A DNA stretch of 64,000 bases, taken from NCBI RefSeq assembly GCF_001194135.2, contig NC_068997.1:6406530-6470529 (forward strand). The letters run 5' to 3'. The translations under genes were made by a program, and so were the position numbers. Of this stretch, positions 24,801 through 37,154 are shown in pieces (position 1 is the first letter of the stretch; each line of letters starts with the position of its first letter). The notes beneath the pieces were generated by a model. That model was not told the DNA's origin. It searched no databases and was given only the letters and a program-made list of their open reading frames with translations. Origin of the DNA: Octopus bimaculoides (Eukaryota).

Positions 24801-27800
24801 CTCAAGTGACTAATTGTTATAAAGCAAAGAATTGTGTACAATTTTCAATGAAAGAAGTTCCCTGTTCAATACTTGCTGGCAATATTTAAAAAAGATGATG
24901 AAGATTTCATCATCTATGCCAGGGTGGTTAACAGAGAGTGTGAGAACGAGTTGACCTCAGAGACATTCATGTTTTTAATTTTTGTAGAAGAGCTTACTGC
25001 AAACAAAAAAGCAGATATACATTCCTAGATATTAACAAAATTAGAACAGGACCAAAATTTTACTCTGCAGGCAGTAACAAAAGAATGTCAGAGGATTATT
25101 AATCTACTACATGATGCAAGTAAAACTTAGAAGCCCTCAATTCTATTTTTGATCATCCTAAATCTTTTTTTCTTAATATTACCTTTAAAATCAATTTTTC
25201 AAATTTTAAAGTAAATCTGCTATTGTCAAAAAATTAATTTATTCTTTTTTCTTTTCAGCTGTAGTCAATGTGCTGATAACTACACCTTTCTGGAGTGCTT
25301 CAACTCGATTAAGGATGCAAGGAGTAAAACTTGATAGCCCAAAATTTAAATATAGCAAACAGAAACAACTGTATACTGGCATTTTGGGTAATTATTTTAA
25401 CAAACCTAATTTTTACCTCCTCCTTAGCAAAGGCAGAGGTATTGTTGACCTTACAATCATACAGATCTAAAGTTTGGATATTACAGTTAAAACTTCTAAG
25501 TAAGATTTCAAAATCTGAGTGTTTATTTGGATTTAATATTCTGAAATATGAATATATCAGTTAGGAGGATAAGAATTAAGTTACATTTAGCATTTCAAAA
25601 TAGTCATTTATTTTGGATGTAAATTTAGTATTTCAAAGTATGGGGCATGGCCGTGCAGTTAATAAGTTTGCAGCCACAAGGATCTGAGTTTGTTCCTACT
25701 GTATAAGACTGTGAGCAGGGATCTTCTAATATAGGCTCAAACCAATCTATCCCTCATAAGTAGAAGTGCTGGATGAAAACTGTAGGAAGCTCACTATACA
25801 CATATGTATGCATGTGTGTGTGTGTGAGACCTCCTATAAATTTGATGCTGTTTGCATGCTGCATAAAAATAATGTCACCATCTATGTTTGGCCATTGAGC
25901 TGTTTGTTCTTCAAATGACAAGGAGAAGTAATGCCTTACTAAAAACCAAACAAGGGTTAATGATAAGAAGAGGATCCAGCTACAGAAGATGTGCCTCAAT
26001 AAGTTTCACCTATGCGGAAAAGTAGGTATTAAAATGAAGAAGATGATGATTATGGTGGTGGTGGTGGTGGTGGTTACACTCATATTAATATTCAATATTG
26101 CTAAATATAAGTTTATTATTTACATTTAGCTTCTTTGTTAAATACTTTTTGTAGATGTCATCCATGATGTTATCAAGAGAGACGGTTTTCTTAATTTGTG
26201 GAATGGAAGCCTAGCATCTTTTGTTTTAGCCTCAAACCCTGCCATCCAATGTCTTTTTTATGAAACTCCCAAAAGATATCTTCAACATGCTTTAGGAAAA
26301 CAGGTTTGTATTCTGGAATGATAACCTAAGTAAACCACTTGTAAAAATTAGACTGTTTTCCATATATTTATTGATTTCATTTATCTGTGTATTTTTTTAT
26401 TATTGTTTATTTACTGTTAATAATAATGGTTTTAAATTTTGTCACAAAGCCTGAAATTTGGGGGCAGGGGGCATTGACCCCACTGCACAACTGGTACTAT
26501 TGTATCAACCCCAAAAGGATAAAAGGCAAAGTCTTCCCCAAAATTTCAGACCTTCTACTTATAATAGAAAGGATTATTTATTATTATCATTATTATTATT
26601 ATTATTATTAATGTTGTCATCTTCATCATCATCATCATTAATATTATTATTATTATTATTAATATTATTAATGTGGTGAGCTGGTAGAATTGTTAGCATG
26701 CCAGACAAAATGCTTCGCAGTATATCATCTGTTTTTGTGCTCCGAGTTTAAATTACTCTGAGGTTGACTTTGCCTTTCATCCTTTCAGGGTTGATAGAAT
26801 AGGTACCAGTTGCACACTGAGGTAAATTTAATTGACCAGCCTCTTTCCACAAAACTTTAGGCCTATAGTAGAAAGAATGGTTACTAATAGGAGGAGGCGG
26901 CGGATCAAGAACAGTGAACTAGCTCTTTACATTCTGAGATTAAATCTGAGGTCAACTTTGTTTTCTTTCATCTTTCTGGTGTCACTAAAATGCTAAAGTA
27001 CCAGTGAAATACTGGGGATTATGTAAACAAGAAACTCCTCTCCTTTCAAAATTGCCAATAGTACCAGTTGTGCACTGGGTCAATGCCCCCTGCCCCCAAA
27101 TTTCAGGCTTTGTGACAAAATTTTAAACCATTATTATTAACAGTAAATAAACAATAATAAAAAAATACACAGATAAGAAAGAATCTTATATTTAAGAAGA
27201 TGGCTACAGATTTATTAATCTCAGAAGAAATTCTGGTATGGAAATCATTGCATGGAAATAACAAAATTTTATTTCAATTGTTTTGAATCTTCAATATTCA
27301 TCCTCATGGCTCCCTTTTTATTTATTTCTTTTTTAATAGGAACTTAATGGTGTTGTGTATTTCTTTCTGGGAGCTTTCTCGAAAATAATTTCCAACTGTA
27401 TCACTTATCCTCTTCAAGTTGTTGAATCAAAACTCAGGGTTAGTATATCAGAATTATTTTAGTAAATATGTCTTCAAAGTGTAGAACTTCCATGTTTTTG
27501 AAGTAAATAAGAAATGTTTTGTGTTAAACTTGGATCGGTCTTCATTTTTTGATGATAGCACCTCTTCTAAACAGTTTCCTATGAATGGAACTCTTCTTAA
27601 CGCTACAGTTTTTTTTGCCCCACCCCCACCCACACACACACCTTAAAGTGACTCTGTTGCTGGGTATCTGTGTTTAAATTGTTTCTCCTAAGTTTCTTTC
27701 ATCAACTGGAATTCTGAAGAAATAGATGGCAAGGCATTTACAGACTCTCTAGATGTTCATTCTATGGCTATCCTTCGTTGTAATTATAATTCTTGTCAAC

Positions 27801-30800
27801 TGAAGCACATGCTTTTGTTTACATCTAATCGGCCTTTTCCGTAAAGGAGGGATGGGAAATGAGTGGGGTGAGCCTTTCTGCTTTGTTCGGCTAGCCCTAA
27901 CCCTAATCCTAAACCTAACCCTAACAGGCCGATTAGATGTAAACAAAACCCATGTGCTTTTAGTGACGTTTTCTCTTCTCTTCTTTCTTTCTTTCTTTGT
28001 CTAACGGTTCGTTCTTTCAACTTGTTAAAAATATATTCTGTATCTATGAAACTCTCTCTCTCTCTCTCTCTGTCTATCGGTCACCGACCATCGCTTTCTT
28101 CTGTATCTATGAAACTTCCTCTCTAGTCAGTGGTTATGCAAAGCAGAAAGGCTCACCGTACCGTCTTCCCCAGTCATTTCCCATCCCTCCTTTACGGAAA
28201 AGGCCGATTAGATGTAAACAAAAGCATGTGCTTCAGTTTACAAGAATTATAATTACAGCGAAGGATAGCCCCATGAGGTAACTTGCCAAAGAAAACTTCC
28301 TTGAGATAAGACTCTTCTTATCTGTTGATTTCCGAGAAGTTCTTTCATTCTACAAAAGAAGTTGAGAAAGTTTTTCTGTCACTTAATTGTTCGTTATTGA
28401 ACAGTTTAGCAAATTCTTTTTTGCTTTTTGAATTGGAAGTCCTCTTTAGTATCTCTTCTTTTACGCAAGAATATGAAAATGGTTCAGTAGGATCTACTAA
28501 TAAGTCCCTAATTTCATTACTCACAGCTGGTCGTGGTGGTGGTAAGTTATTTAACCTTATGAGGTTATACTTTTGTGCCTCTTTGCTGTAAAACTTGCTT
28601 CTAATTGAGCAAACCAGATAAGGGTGTCCCGCCGTCCAAACAGGAGGCAAAACAGTCAGAGAACCTTGCATATATATCTTCTATCAAAATAAGACATTTC
28701 AAACCCTTTAATATTTTCTTCCATTCAAATGTATTATAATTTTCAGAAAGAAAATTTTGCTCTTTGTGAAATAATGCTTTCAACATCTATGAAATATAAT
28801 TTTAATTTGCTAGAAAGTGCAGTTAAACTTCTTATTATTTGTATTGTTTATTTCTTTGACGTTCTTTTCCCTCCAACTTTTAATATCAAATATTTCTGTT
28901 CATTAAATTTTGTCTGATGAAACTGCCATCTATTTTCCTTTGAAAATGTTATATATTTTTCACAAGTGTCAATAATTTTATGATGTGATGGTTTATCTCC
29001 GAGGTCACGTCGGGAGGTCACCACTTTTTATAGTCACGTTTGGTTACTGTTTATGTAACACTGCTTTTATATGTTTCCTATTTGGAAATAGATAATAAAT
29101 ATATTTTACTTTCGAAGTAGGAATCTATATTGATAAACACGTCACTTATAAGTGTTATCATTATACATAAATCCTGACTCCAGCTACATAAACGCCATAG
29201 CGAGAAATATATACTCTGAAACGCTAACGGACATTTTATGCGTGCATGTATGTTGAAGATAAATAAATTCGTGTTCTTTTAACCGCTATAAAAAAATACA
29301 GAGTTTCATAATTGCAGAAATAAATTTCATCAACAAGTTGAAGAACTTGAAGAAAGAGAAAATAATAACTACATTAGTTTATTTAGCATTTATAGTACAA
29401 TTGGAAAGTAAAGTCATTTTGTCCTAGAGAATTATGATTTAAAATTCACACTAGCTAATCCTTCATACTAGAGTTCACAACAATTTATATAAGTCTTGTT
29501 GGATTTTTATCATAAACATAGCATAAAAATTAGCCAATATCTCAATGAGTGGAGTTTAGTAACATCCAACGATCACTGCGTAATTTCCCCAAAATCAGAG
29601 TTTATATAACTGCTCATATCGGACGTGAAAGATTTGATGAAAGTTTAGAATTCGTCTATGGGCAGACGACCATTTTAACCAACGGGATTACCAACAATTA
29701 TGCTTGTTCGAGCAGACGACCATTTTAACCAACGGGATTACCAACAATTATGCTTGTTCGGGCAGACGACCATTACGTCATATTGCCACCTTTTATGACT
29801 TGCTAGAGTGCTGTAAACCATTTTCATTTCTGTGCCCCCCCCCCGATCCCTTGATGCCCTAAGCATTTGCTTATTTTGCTTAATGGGTTAATCCAATTCT
29901 GACTATGGTTTGAGACTATCTTCTTTTCTTTCTCCCGTTCTGGAACTCCACCTGTACCCGCACTTTTTAGGTAATGAGCATTACTCTCTTTCTGACTACA
30001 TAATAAAATTTATGTTCTAAATATTCAAAGTATTTTCTATATCCAAAGTTAATCAATCTGAAAATTATATCTTTCTGGCTTTGTTTTTATAGTTTTTGAA
30101 ATATTTAGTTATTAGATTTAAATTTGTCTCTCTTCTATATTTGAGACTTCATTGATTTTACTGATGTTAAATCTTATATTGCAATTGTCTGAAATGAAAT
30201 TCATTATCATTATAGTGTGGTCTTGAAAGCAAAGAAAACCAAACAACATGGAAAGTGTTACTTCATATGATCAGGTAAGAATATCTGCTCCAGGACAAAG
30301 ACATGTCTTAGGGCTGATTCTATCTTTGTTATTAAATATTCATTATGACTTCCCTTGAATGTTTTCTGCAAATCCTTTGCAATCTTGTAAATACTTTTCT
30401 GGTCTCGCAGACAACAATCCGAGATTCCCAAATCCCTATTTGTATGATGTGTCAAATAATAGAAAGATCTGACATCAAATAATAATTGAATATTAAATCA
30501 CATTTCTATAACTTCTAGTTACGGATCTTTACACCACTTGTTTTCTTAACGAAACACTTTCAAACTTGGAACACTGGTAGAATGTGTCATATAAAACATC
30601 TTTTACTTTTAGTGTTGTTGAGAAAAGTTTATATTTTTAAAGTTATTTCGTGTTAAAAGTTGTCGTATTTCAGTAATTTCAACCAATCACTGATGTCTAT
30701 TGAGGTGAAAACAATTACTGCTGTGGATTGTCAACAAGACGTTGTGGCGGTGTAAGGGGATCTTTTCCCTTGAATAAAATTAGTACCGTTGTTTGTCAAC

Positions 30801-31077
30801 AACAACTATTGGTGGAACTGTTATTTATGACATTGTTCGTACGTTTGTACTGGTTTTAGCTTTAGGGTTTTAGGGTTAGGGTTCGATTTTGATTTCAGTT
30901 GCTTCAACAGGTCTTCGCAAGCAGAGTTTAGTGTTCAATGAAGGAAAGGTATGCATAAGTGGGCTGGCTACACCCCTGGCAGAGGCCTCGGATTATGGTC
31001 TCACTTGGCTTGCCGGGTCTTCTCACGCACTGCATATTTCCAAAGGTATCGGTCACAAGACATAACCTCGGTGAGAC

Positions 31078-31108
<31 letters not shown>

Positions 31109-32256
31109 CACACACACACATACATGCATATATACAGGGTGTGATGGGTGAATTATTGACATTCTATATTTTAATTTCATACAGGTACATTGTTTTTTAT
31201 TTTGTTAACTACACAGTATAGTAAGATCAGTTAGGTACTGTCTGTGAGAAAAACAGTACCATGACCCAATTCACTCTGCCAGAAATTTGGAAACAACATG
31301 TTGGCATTTGTACCGGAAGCTCCAATATGAACATTTCAAAGTGTTTGGGTGTCAATCTGAGGACATGTACCGAGAGTGATAAAAATCAAACATCCAGTCA
31401 ACATCATGGAGTTTGGAGTGATCACTAGTGATGGCGATGTTATGCCTCCATTCATCTTCCCACACGGCCTCAGACTCAACACAGAGGCCTACATCAAGTG
31501 CCTAGAGGAGGTAGTGCAGCCCTGGGTCAAGAGGGTGGCTGCTAGAAGACCCTATGTCTGGCAACAGGACTCTGCACCATGCCACACAAGCAGGAGAACC
31601 CAAACAATTTCTGCGACTACATCACCCCTAACATCTNNNNNNNNNNNNNNNNNNNNNNNNNNNNNNNNNNNNNNNNNNNNNNNNNNNNNNNNNNNNNNNN
31701 NNNNNNNNNNNNNNNNNNNNNNNNNNNNNNNNNNNNNNNNNNNNNNNNNNNNNNNNNNNNNNNNNNNNNNNNNNNNNNNNNNNNNNNNNNNNNNNNNNNN
31801 NNNNNNNNNNNNNNNNNNNNNNNNNNNNNNNNNNNNNNNNNNNNNNNNNNNNNNNNNNNNNNNNNNNNNNNNNNNNNNNNNNNNNNNNNNNNNNNNNNNN
31901 NNNNNNNNNNNNNNNNNNNNNNNNNNNNNNNNNNNNNNNNNNNNNNNNNNNNNNNNNNNNNNNNNNNNNNNNNNNNNNNNNNNNNNNNNNNNNNNNNNNN
32001 NNNNNNNNNNNNNNNNNNNNNNNNNNNNNNNNNNNNNNNNNNNNNNNNNNNNNNNNNNNNNNNNNNNNNNNNNNNNNNNNNNNNNNNNNNNNNNNNNNNN
32101 NNNNNNNNNNNNNNNNNNNNNNNNNNNNNNNNNNNNNNNNNNNNNNNNNNNNNNNNNNNNNNNNNNNNNNNNNNNNNNNNNNNNNNNNNNNNNNNNNNNN
32201 NNNNNNNNNNNNNNNNNNNNNNNNNNNNNNNNNNNNNNNNNNNNNNNNNNNNNNNN

Positions 32257-32295
<39 letters not shown>

Positions 32296-32827
32296 ATGTA
32301 TTGTTGTTGGTAGTCTCTTGAGTCAAAGGAAGACAATTTTGCAATTTCTTGCTGAACAACCTGCACAAATGATTTGTTTATAAATGTTTGTACCGTACAT
32401 TAACTCCTGCTTTCCATCAAATCAACATTACCTGTACAGGTGTGCCACAAATCAGATGTCAAAGTGATCACAGAGCAATATGAAATGAAGGGTTTTGCTC
32501 AAAAACACATCACACTGCCTGTTCTGGGTATCCGAACCACACTCTTACAATCATAAATACAACACCCTAACCACTAGACCACGCACCCTATTCGATATAT
32601 TATACTGCATCGCATATTGTTACTGTAATCAGTATGATTTATCCCCCCCCAAAATGTTGTTTCTTTACAGATTTGGAGGATTCTCATCACTGTACAGTGG
32701 ATTTGAAGCCAGACTACTTCAGAGCTTTCTTAGTGGTGCCATTACCTTTCTACTGTACGAGAAAATATCAATGTTTGTATTTAAATTAATGGGTATCAAA
32801 TACCAGCTTGCTGAACATCCGCAATAA
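15022..32827 (+). CDS. SLC25A17: Peroxisomal membrane protein PMP34 (SLC25 carrier). Exons 15022-15084, 18574-18634, 22272-22338, 24436-24590, 25259-25387, 26155-26303, 27340-27438, 30216-30274, 32671-32827; 939 nt, 312 aa
   Basis: All introns are GT-AG with consistent phases. The protein reads MSFLNEILSYRSLVYAIAGAT|GGVISLAICYPLETARTQIQ|VDNDGQKKKTFPLLKKIVREEG|IFAVYRG...YFYVFNTLK...GYLA|AVVNVLITTPFWSASTRLRMQG...|...LWNGSLASFVLASNPAIQCLFYE...|...ITYPLQVVESKLR|...|RFGGFSSLYSGFEARLLQSFLSGAITFLLYEKI. It has three carrier repeats, and the degenerate signature motifs (PxW, PLQ) are typical of PMP34. Confidence 0.93.
16884..17221. mobile_element. GC-rich fold-back element with about 90-bp TIRs and internal TTAGGG-like repeats
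   Basis: ggcgatcttacggtacgagtcctaaatgtcggccttttccgtaaaaagtgtcttcggcgatctttaccaaagatcggcc is mirrored at about 17132-17221. Confidence 0.8.
21285..22125 (-). mobile_element. Decayed RTE-clade LINE reverse transcriptase
   Basis: Translation DVIFMVRQLQAKYLAKNKLLYLAFVDLDK...; LKSKGLKINLAKTKVL...SLEVVDNFGYLGDLISSGEGC. Confidence 0.85.
23445..23825 (+). mobile_element. tRNA-derived SINE with internal (TG)n
   Basis: Same family as the minus-strand copies at 35470-35985 and 52085-52472. Confidence 0.75.
24830..25125 (+). mobile_element. Ty3/Gypsy gag-like remnant in SLC25A17 intron 4
   Basis: Frameshifted translation SLFNTCWQYL / KDDEDFIIYARVVNRECE...FLIFVEELTANKKADIHS*ILTKLEQDQNFTLQAVTKECQRII. 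Confidence 0.55.
26381..27176. repeat. About 120-bp inverted duplication in SLC25A17 intron 6
   Basis: 26381-26502 is nearly the exact reverse complement of 27056-27176. Confidence 0.85.
27766..28270. mobile_element. Fold-back element with about 120-bp TIRs and an internal (CCCTAA)-like tract
   Basis: ggctatccttcgttgtaattataattcttg...gagcctttctgctttg is mirrored at about 28139-28270. Confidence 0.8.
28300..29023 (-). mobile_element. Ty3/Gypsy remnant: gag fragment plus tRNA-Trp primer-binding site
   Basis: Translation PPRPAVSNEIRDLLVDPTEPFSYSCVKEEILKRTS...LFNNEQLSDRK. The plus-strand sequence tcacgtcgggaggtcacca (29005-29023) matches the tRNA-Trp 3' end TCACGTCGGGGTCACCA with a small insertion. 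Confidence 0.65.
29660..29774. repeat. 50-bp tandem repeat, about 2.3 copies
   Basis: Unit gggcagacgaccattttaaccaacgggattaccaacaattatgcttgttc starts at 29660, 29710 and 29760. Confidence 0.9.
31134..31636 (+). mobile_element. Tc1/mariner-superfamily transposon fragment ending at an assembly gap
   Basis: Terminal-like TA|CAGGGTGTGATGGG. Translation KHPVNIMEFGVITSDGDVMPPFIFPHGLRLNTEAYIKCLEEVV...YVWQQDSAPCHTSRRTQ. Confidence 0.8.
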
Positions 32828-33447
32828 GGAATGTCAGTGTTGTTTTTGCCTCAGCTCAGCTGTTTCAAGCAGACCTGTTACCAAAAGTAGTCCGGTTGTG
32901 ACTACATTCGTTTGGGGAATATGTTACACTACATTACCTAATATTCTTTCCTGATTTAATAAGGTTAGATATGATGATTTGAAGGAGAGTTGGTTGTTAT
33001 TTCTAGCAGAGCAAGAGACCACCTTAGTGGCTTGCTTGTTTGTTCAACTCACAAATTTCTCTTAACATTCCTTTCCATTATTATTTTTGGCAAGTTCAAT
33101 CTGTTGCAATACTTCTTATCCATAATTTCAGTTCTAACAAGTTTATTGTAATATTACCCTTCCATATTTGGTTTTATTGAATGTCTTCCATTAGTTCCTC
33201 CAACAGTTTTCCTCTCACTCTCATTTAATCTTCCACTTTTATTACCTCATTTCCACCAGAGATATTCTTACATTCCATTCTTCATCTATTGAATTTGTTT
33301 TCTCATTCACCACAGTTATATTAAGTCTTATCCTCCACTCTCATTAAGACTGATGTACTAGCCCCGTTCTCTCCTGTCATTACTTTAGTTCTTACATTTT
33401 AGTTCTATCACATACTTCCTCCTCTCTTAATCTAACCCCCTATTCAG

Positions 33448-33590
33448 TCTCATCTAACTCTCCACTCATAATGAGTGTCTTATCTAACTCTCCACTCATG
33501 TTGAGTGTCTTCTAATATTTCATTCTTACTGAATCTAATCTAACCTCTTAACTGAATCTAATCTAACCTCTTAACTGAATCTCATTTAAC
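33448..33590. repeat. Adjacent minisatellites: 30-bp unit x2 and 23-bp unit x about 2.5
   Basis: tctcatctaactctccactcataatgagtg at 33448 and 33478; ctgaatctaatctaacctcttaa at 33529, 33552 and 33575. Confidence 0.8.
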
Positions 33591-35469
33591 TCTCTACTGC
33601 TGCACAATGTTTTCTGACTTTCTCTTACTATAGACTCAATTCTATTCAGCTGAACCTTTCGCTCTCTTATTACCCTGAGTCTATTGCATTTGTTGTAATA
33701 CCCAACTTCATTTATGTTGAGAAAAATTATCTAACCCTATAGTCCATAATTCTATAAAGCAATTACTATACAAAGCATAGATCCAAAGCAATTTTCATGT
33801 GATACACTCCACAGGATACATTAATTGATATGCTTTATGGCATGTGGCATAATTTCCTTCATGTAGTTTTACCAATGCTACATGAGAATGTTTTATTTCA
33901 GATATCAGTTGATATTTCTTATAATAACTACTGTAGAAGCAGTCTAAGTGAATCTATAGGGGCTCTGATTACACCAAAGCTAAATCAGGCCAAATAAGAT
34001 TTCAAATAATAACTCATCAATTATTGAACCTGTATTTTCTCTCAACCCAAAATATATTTTAAAGCAAGACTGAATATATTTGTTGTTATGGAGAATTAAT
34101 CAACTCTTACAATGCTACTTTTATTACTCTACTTCTGAGTGTTTTAACACTTCATTTTATTGACTCCAGTATTATCAAGACTGGTCTGATAGCTGAATTC
34201 GCTTCTGTCATTATTTCAGTTCTAACATTTCAATTCTATTACATCCTCTATTCCATTATTTCTCTGCAAGTACTGCTAATATTTGATAATTCCATTGTAT
34301 ATGTCCCGTTCTTCCAATGCAACTGTCATTTCGAGCCACTACAGAAACTAAGAAAAACAGCTTTACATTGAATGATATATATCACCAATAGTAACATTGT
34401 CACTCATTAACCTTTGTTAAATGTCATCTTTATTATCCTGACTGTTTTCTCTTATTTATTTATACATTGATTACACACAAATGTGACATTGGACTCTTTT
34501 ACTGGTTCCAGTCACCAGAATCTGACTATTTTGTGGACATTGTTTACCAGTCATTTATTATCAATTTTACTCAGCAACTAGCAGCTGTGCTCACCTTTGG
34601 TCAAGTTTAATATCTAAAATAAATATGAATTCACTATATTTTTGGATAAATTGCTTTAAAAAAAATTGCCAACAATCCTTATTTGGTTAATGAATGTTAA
34701 TTTATTCAGAAGCTGATTCAAGTAAAGCTTTGTAAAGGTGTGCAAAAGAAAATTAAACAAAAAAAGTATAGAACCAAAAATAAACACTTTGTCTTTTGTT
34801 TTTTGCATTTTTCTTTTAAAACACTTCAACTCATCGTCCATGCACACTAACACTGCACATCCAATGGAGCAGGTTTCATTTCTTATGAACCTTTGCATTT
34901 TACCTACAGTCACAGCCCATGTTTCACTCCCATGTGGGAGTCGCCCAACTTCATGTGAAAGTTGCCCAACTCGACAGAGCAATCCTGGAGAGGGTGGAGG
35001 CCAACTTCCAAGAATGCCTTCAGAAATGCATCAATGAATGGACACCACATGATGGATGATGTTTGCCACACTTGATTTTGACAAATGTTACTTCAATACA
35101 AACACATTGATGTCAATAAAATTTGTTTGTAGCTAAAATTAATGATTTTGTGAAATTTTCAAAAACGTCTGACCTCTCTACCCCACCCTGTACAAACTAA
35201 TACTAAACATTCTTGTCTCTTTTCCTATTATTATGATTATAATGTTGAAGCTGATATAAGCAAACCAGTAAAACTCCTTCTTTGTATTTACCTGCTACAT
35301 TTAGCAGTGAAATAACCACCGAAACCTACTCACTCCCAACTTTAAACCATGAATAATATATGTCTATGGTCTTAATTGTAGAGGAGAACATGCTTCCAGT
35401 ATATTTGATCCAATAAGAGCTAAGAAGATCACCAAGAAACGTTGATCTTTATAACTAATTCTTGTTTAA

Positions 35470-35985
35470 TTCTTTTACTCTTTTACTCTTTTACTTGTTT
35501 CAGTCATTTGACTGCGGCCATGCTGGAGCACCGCCTTTAGTCGAGCAAATCGACCCCAGGACTTATTCTTTGGAAGCCTAGTACTTATTCTATCGATCTC
35601 TTTTGCCGAACCGCTAAGTTACGGGGACGTAAACACACCAGCATCGGTTGTCAAGCGATGTTGGGGGGACAAACAGACACACACATACATATACATATAT
35701 ANNNNNNNNNNNNNNNNNNNNNNNNNNNNNNNNNNNNNNNNNNNNNNNNNNNNNNNNNNNNNNNNNNNNNNNNNNNNNNNNNNNNNNNNNNNNNNNNNNN
35801 NNNNNATATATACATATATACGACGGGCTTCTTTCAGTTTCTGTTTACCAAATCCACTCACAAGGCTTTGGTCAACCCGAGGCTATAGTAGATGACACTT
35901 GCCCAAGGTGCCACACAGTGGGACTGAACCCAGAACCATGTGGTTGGTAAGCAAGCTACTTACCACACAGCCACTCCCGCGCCTA
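35470..35985 (-). mobile_element. tRNA-derived SINE (gap inside its microsatellite)
   Basis: Near-identical to 52085-52472. Confidence 0.8.
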
Positions 35986-36492
35986 TTCAATGTAAGGATT
36001 TCAAATGAAGAGTCCCAGAGTATATATCAGATTACACACATAACAACATGGTTAAGAAGTTTGTTTTGTAAATCAGGTCTTCCTACATTCAATATCACTG
36101 AGCTGAGTCTTGGGCAAGCAGTGGCACAGAATAAGTTTGGGCCATTTAATTATTCCATTAAAATTACCAACCCTTTGACTTACAGCAAATAAACACACAT
36201 ATAAAGAGTTTGTCTCTGTAGGGTCGGCTCACCTTACACTAACTCCCTTGTAGATAAGTGTTTTGTGCCTTTCTTTCCGGCAGACACAAACCTTATTTGT
36301 AAATTTTGATAGACAGAGAATATATGGAAGCCCACTAGACTGTACCTGCTATTGTCATCCAGTTAGCAGAAGACAGTTGCCCAAAATAACATGATGTTCA
36401 ACCAAACCTGTGAAAATATGAGTTACAAATACAAAACATGAGAAACACAAAAGCACTATTTTGTTCATAGCCTTATGGCTAAGATCAATATC

Positions 36493-36493
36493 C

Positions 36494-36548
<55 letters not shown>
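36493..36548. repeat. (TAT)n microsatellite, representative of many (TA)n, (CA)n, (GA)n and (TAT)n tracts, which are densest at 37-41.5 kb and 49-50 kb
   Basis: Directly visible. Confidence 0.95.
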
Positions 36549-36718
36549 GTTCAGTTTGTTTTATTTTTATGACGTGCTTTCACTTCACTACCGAGCGCAG
36601 CTCTGTACGCCTTGGGTATGTGGTGTGGTTTGCTGTGGTGCTCTTATGTTTACTGTATTGAAAGTGTTTTGCATAGAATGTGTGCAGTACCCAGTAGTGC
36701 AATTTTCTGTATGTTATA

Positions 36719-36753
<35 letters not shown>

Positions 36754-37062
36754 TAAGATGATATATTTGAAAATTTGGAAGAAATTCAACTTTGATGGTT
36801 GGTTTGATTTGTTTATTGACAAGCAAAAATTAAAAGGCAAAACAACATTATAATTATCTATTTTATTAAACGAGTGAAAATAATTTAATCATTACATCAG
36901 TGCAACTATTTCAAACATTTCCACAAAATATGTTAATACATGTACATACATCTATATGTATATGGTTATGTATGTGTGTGTGTGTATGTAAGTATATGCA
37001 ACATACGCATAATATAACAACTACAAACAATATGTACATGTGTAGTTATATATATATATATA

Positions 37063-37154
<92 letters not shown>

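Noticed and set aside
29660-29774. CRISPR-like array
   Set aside because: The repeats are contiguous with no unique spacers, and the context is eukaryotic.
30860-30890. TTAGGG tracts as a true telomere or chromosome-fusion site
   Set aside because: Only 2-4 degenerate units, always inside transposon-like elements.
31579-32366. Long ORFs spanning N runs (also 39598-40341, 58099-58808 and 19765-20217)
   Set aside because: Artefacts of assembly gaps (1430-1449, 19795-19894, 31637-32256, 35702-35805, 39864-40126, 41573-41582, 44502-44545, 47632-47641, 58179-58768).
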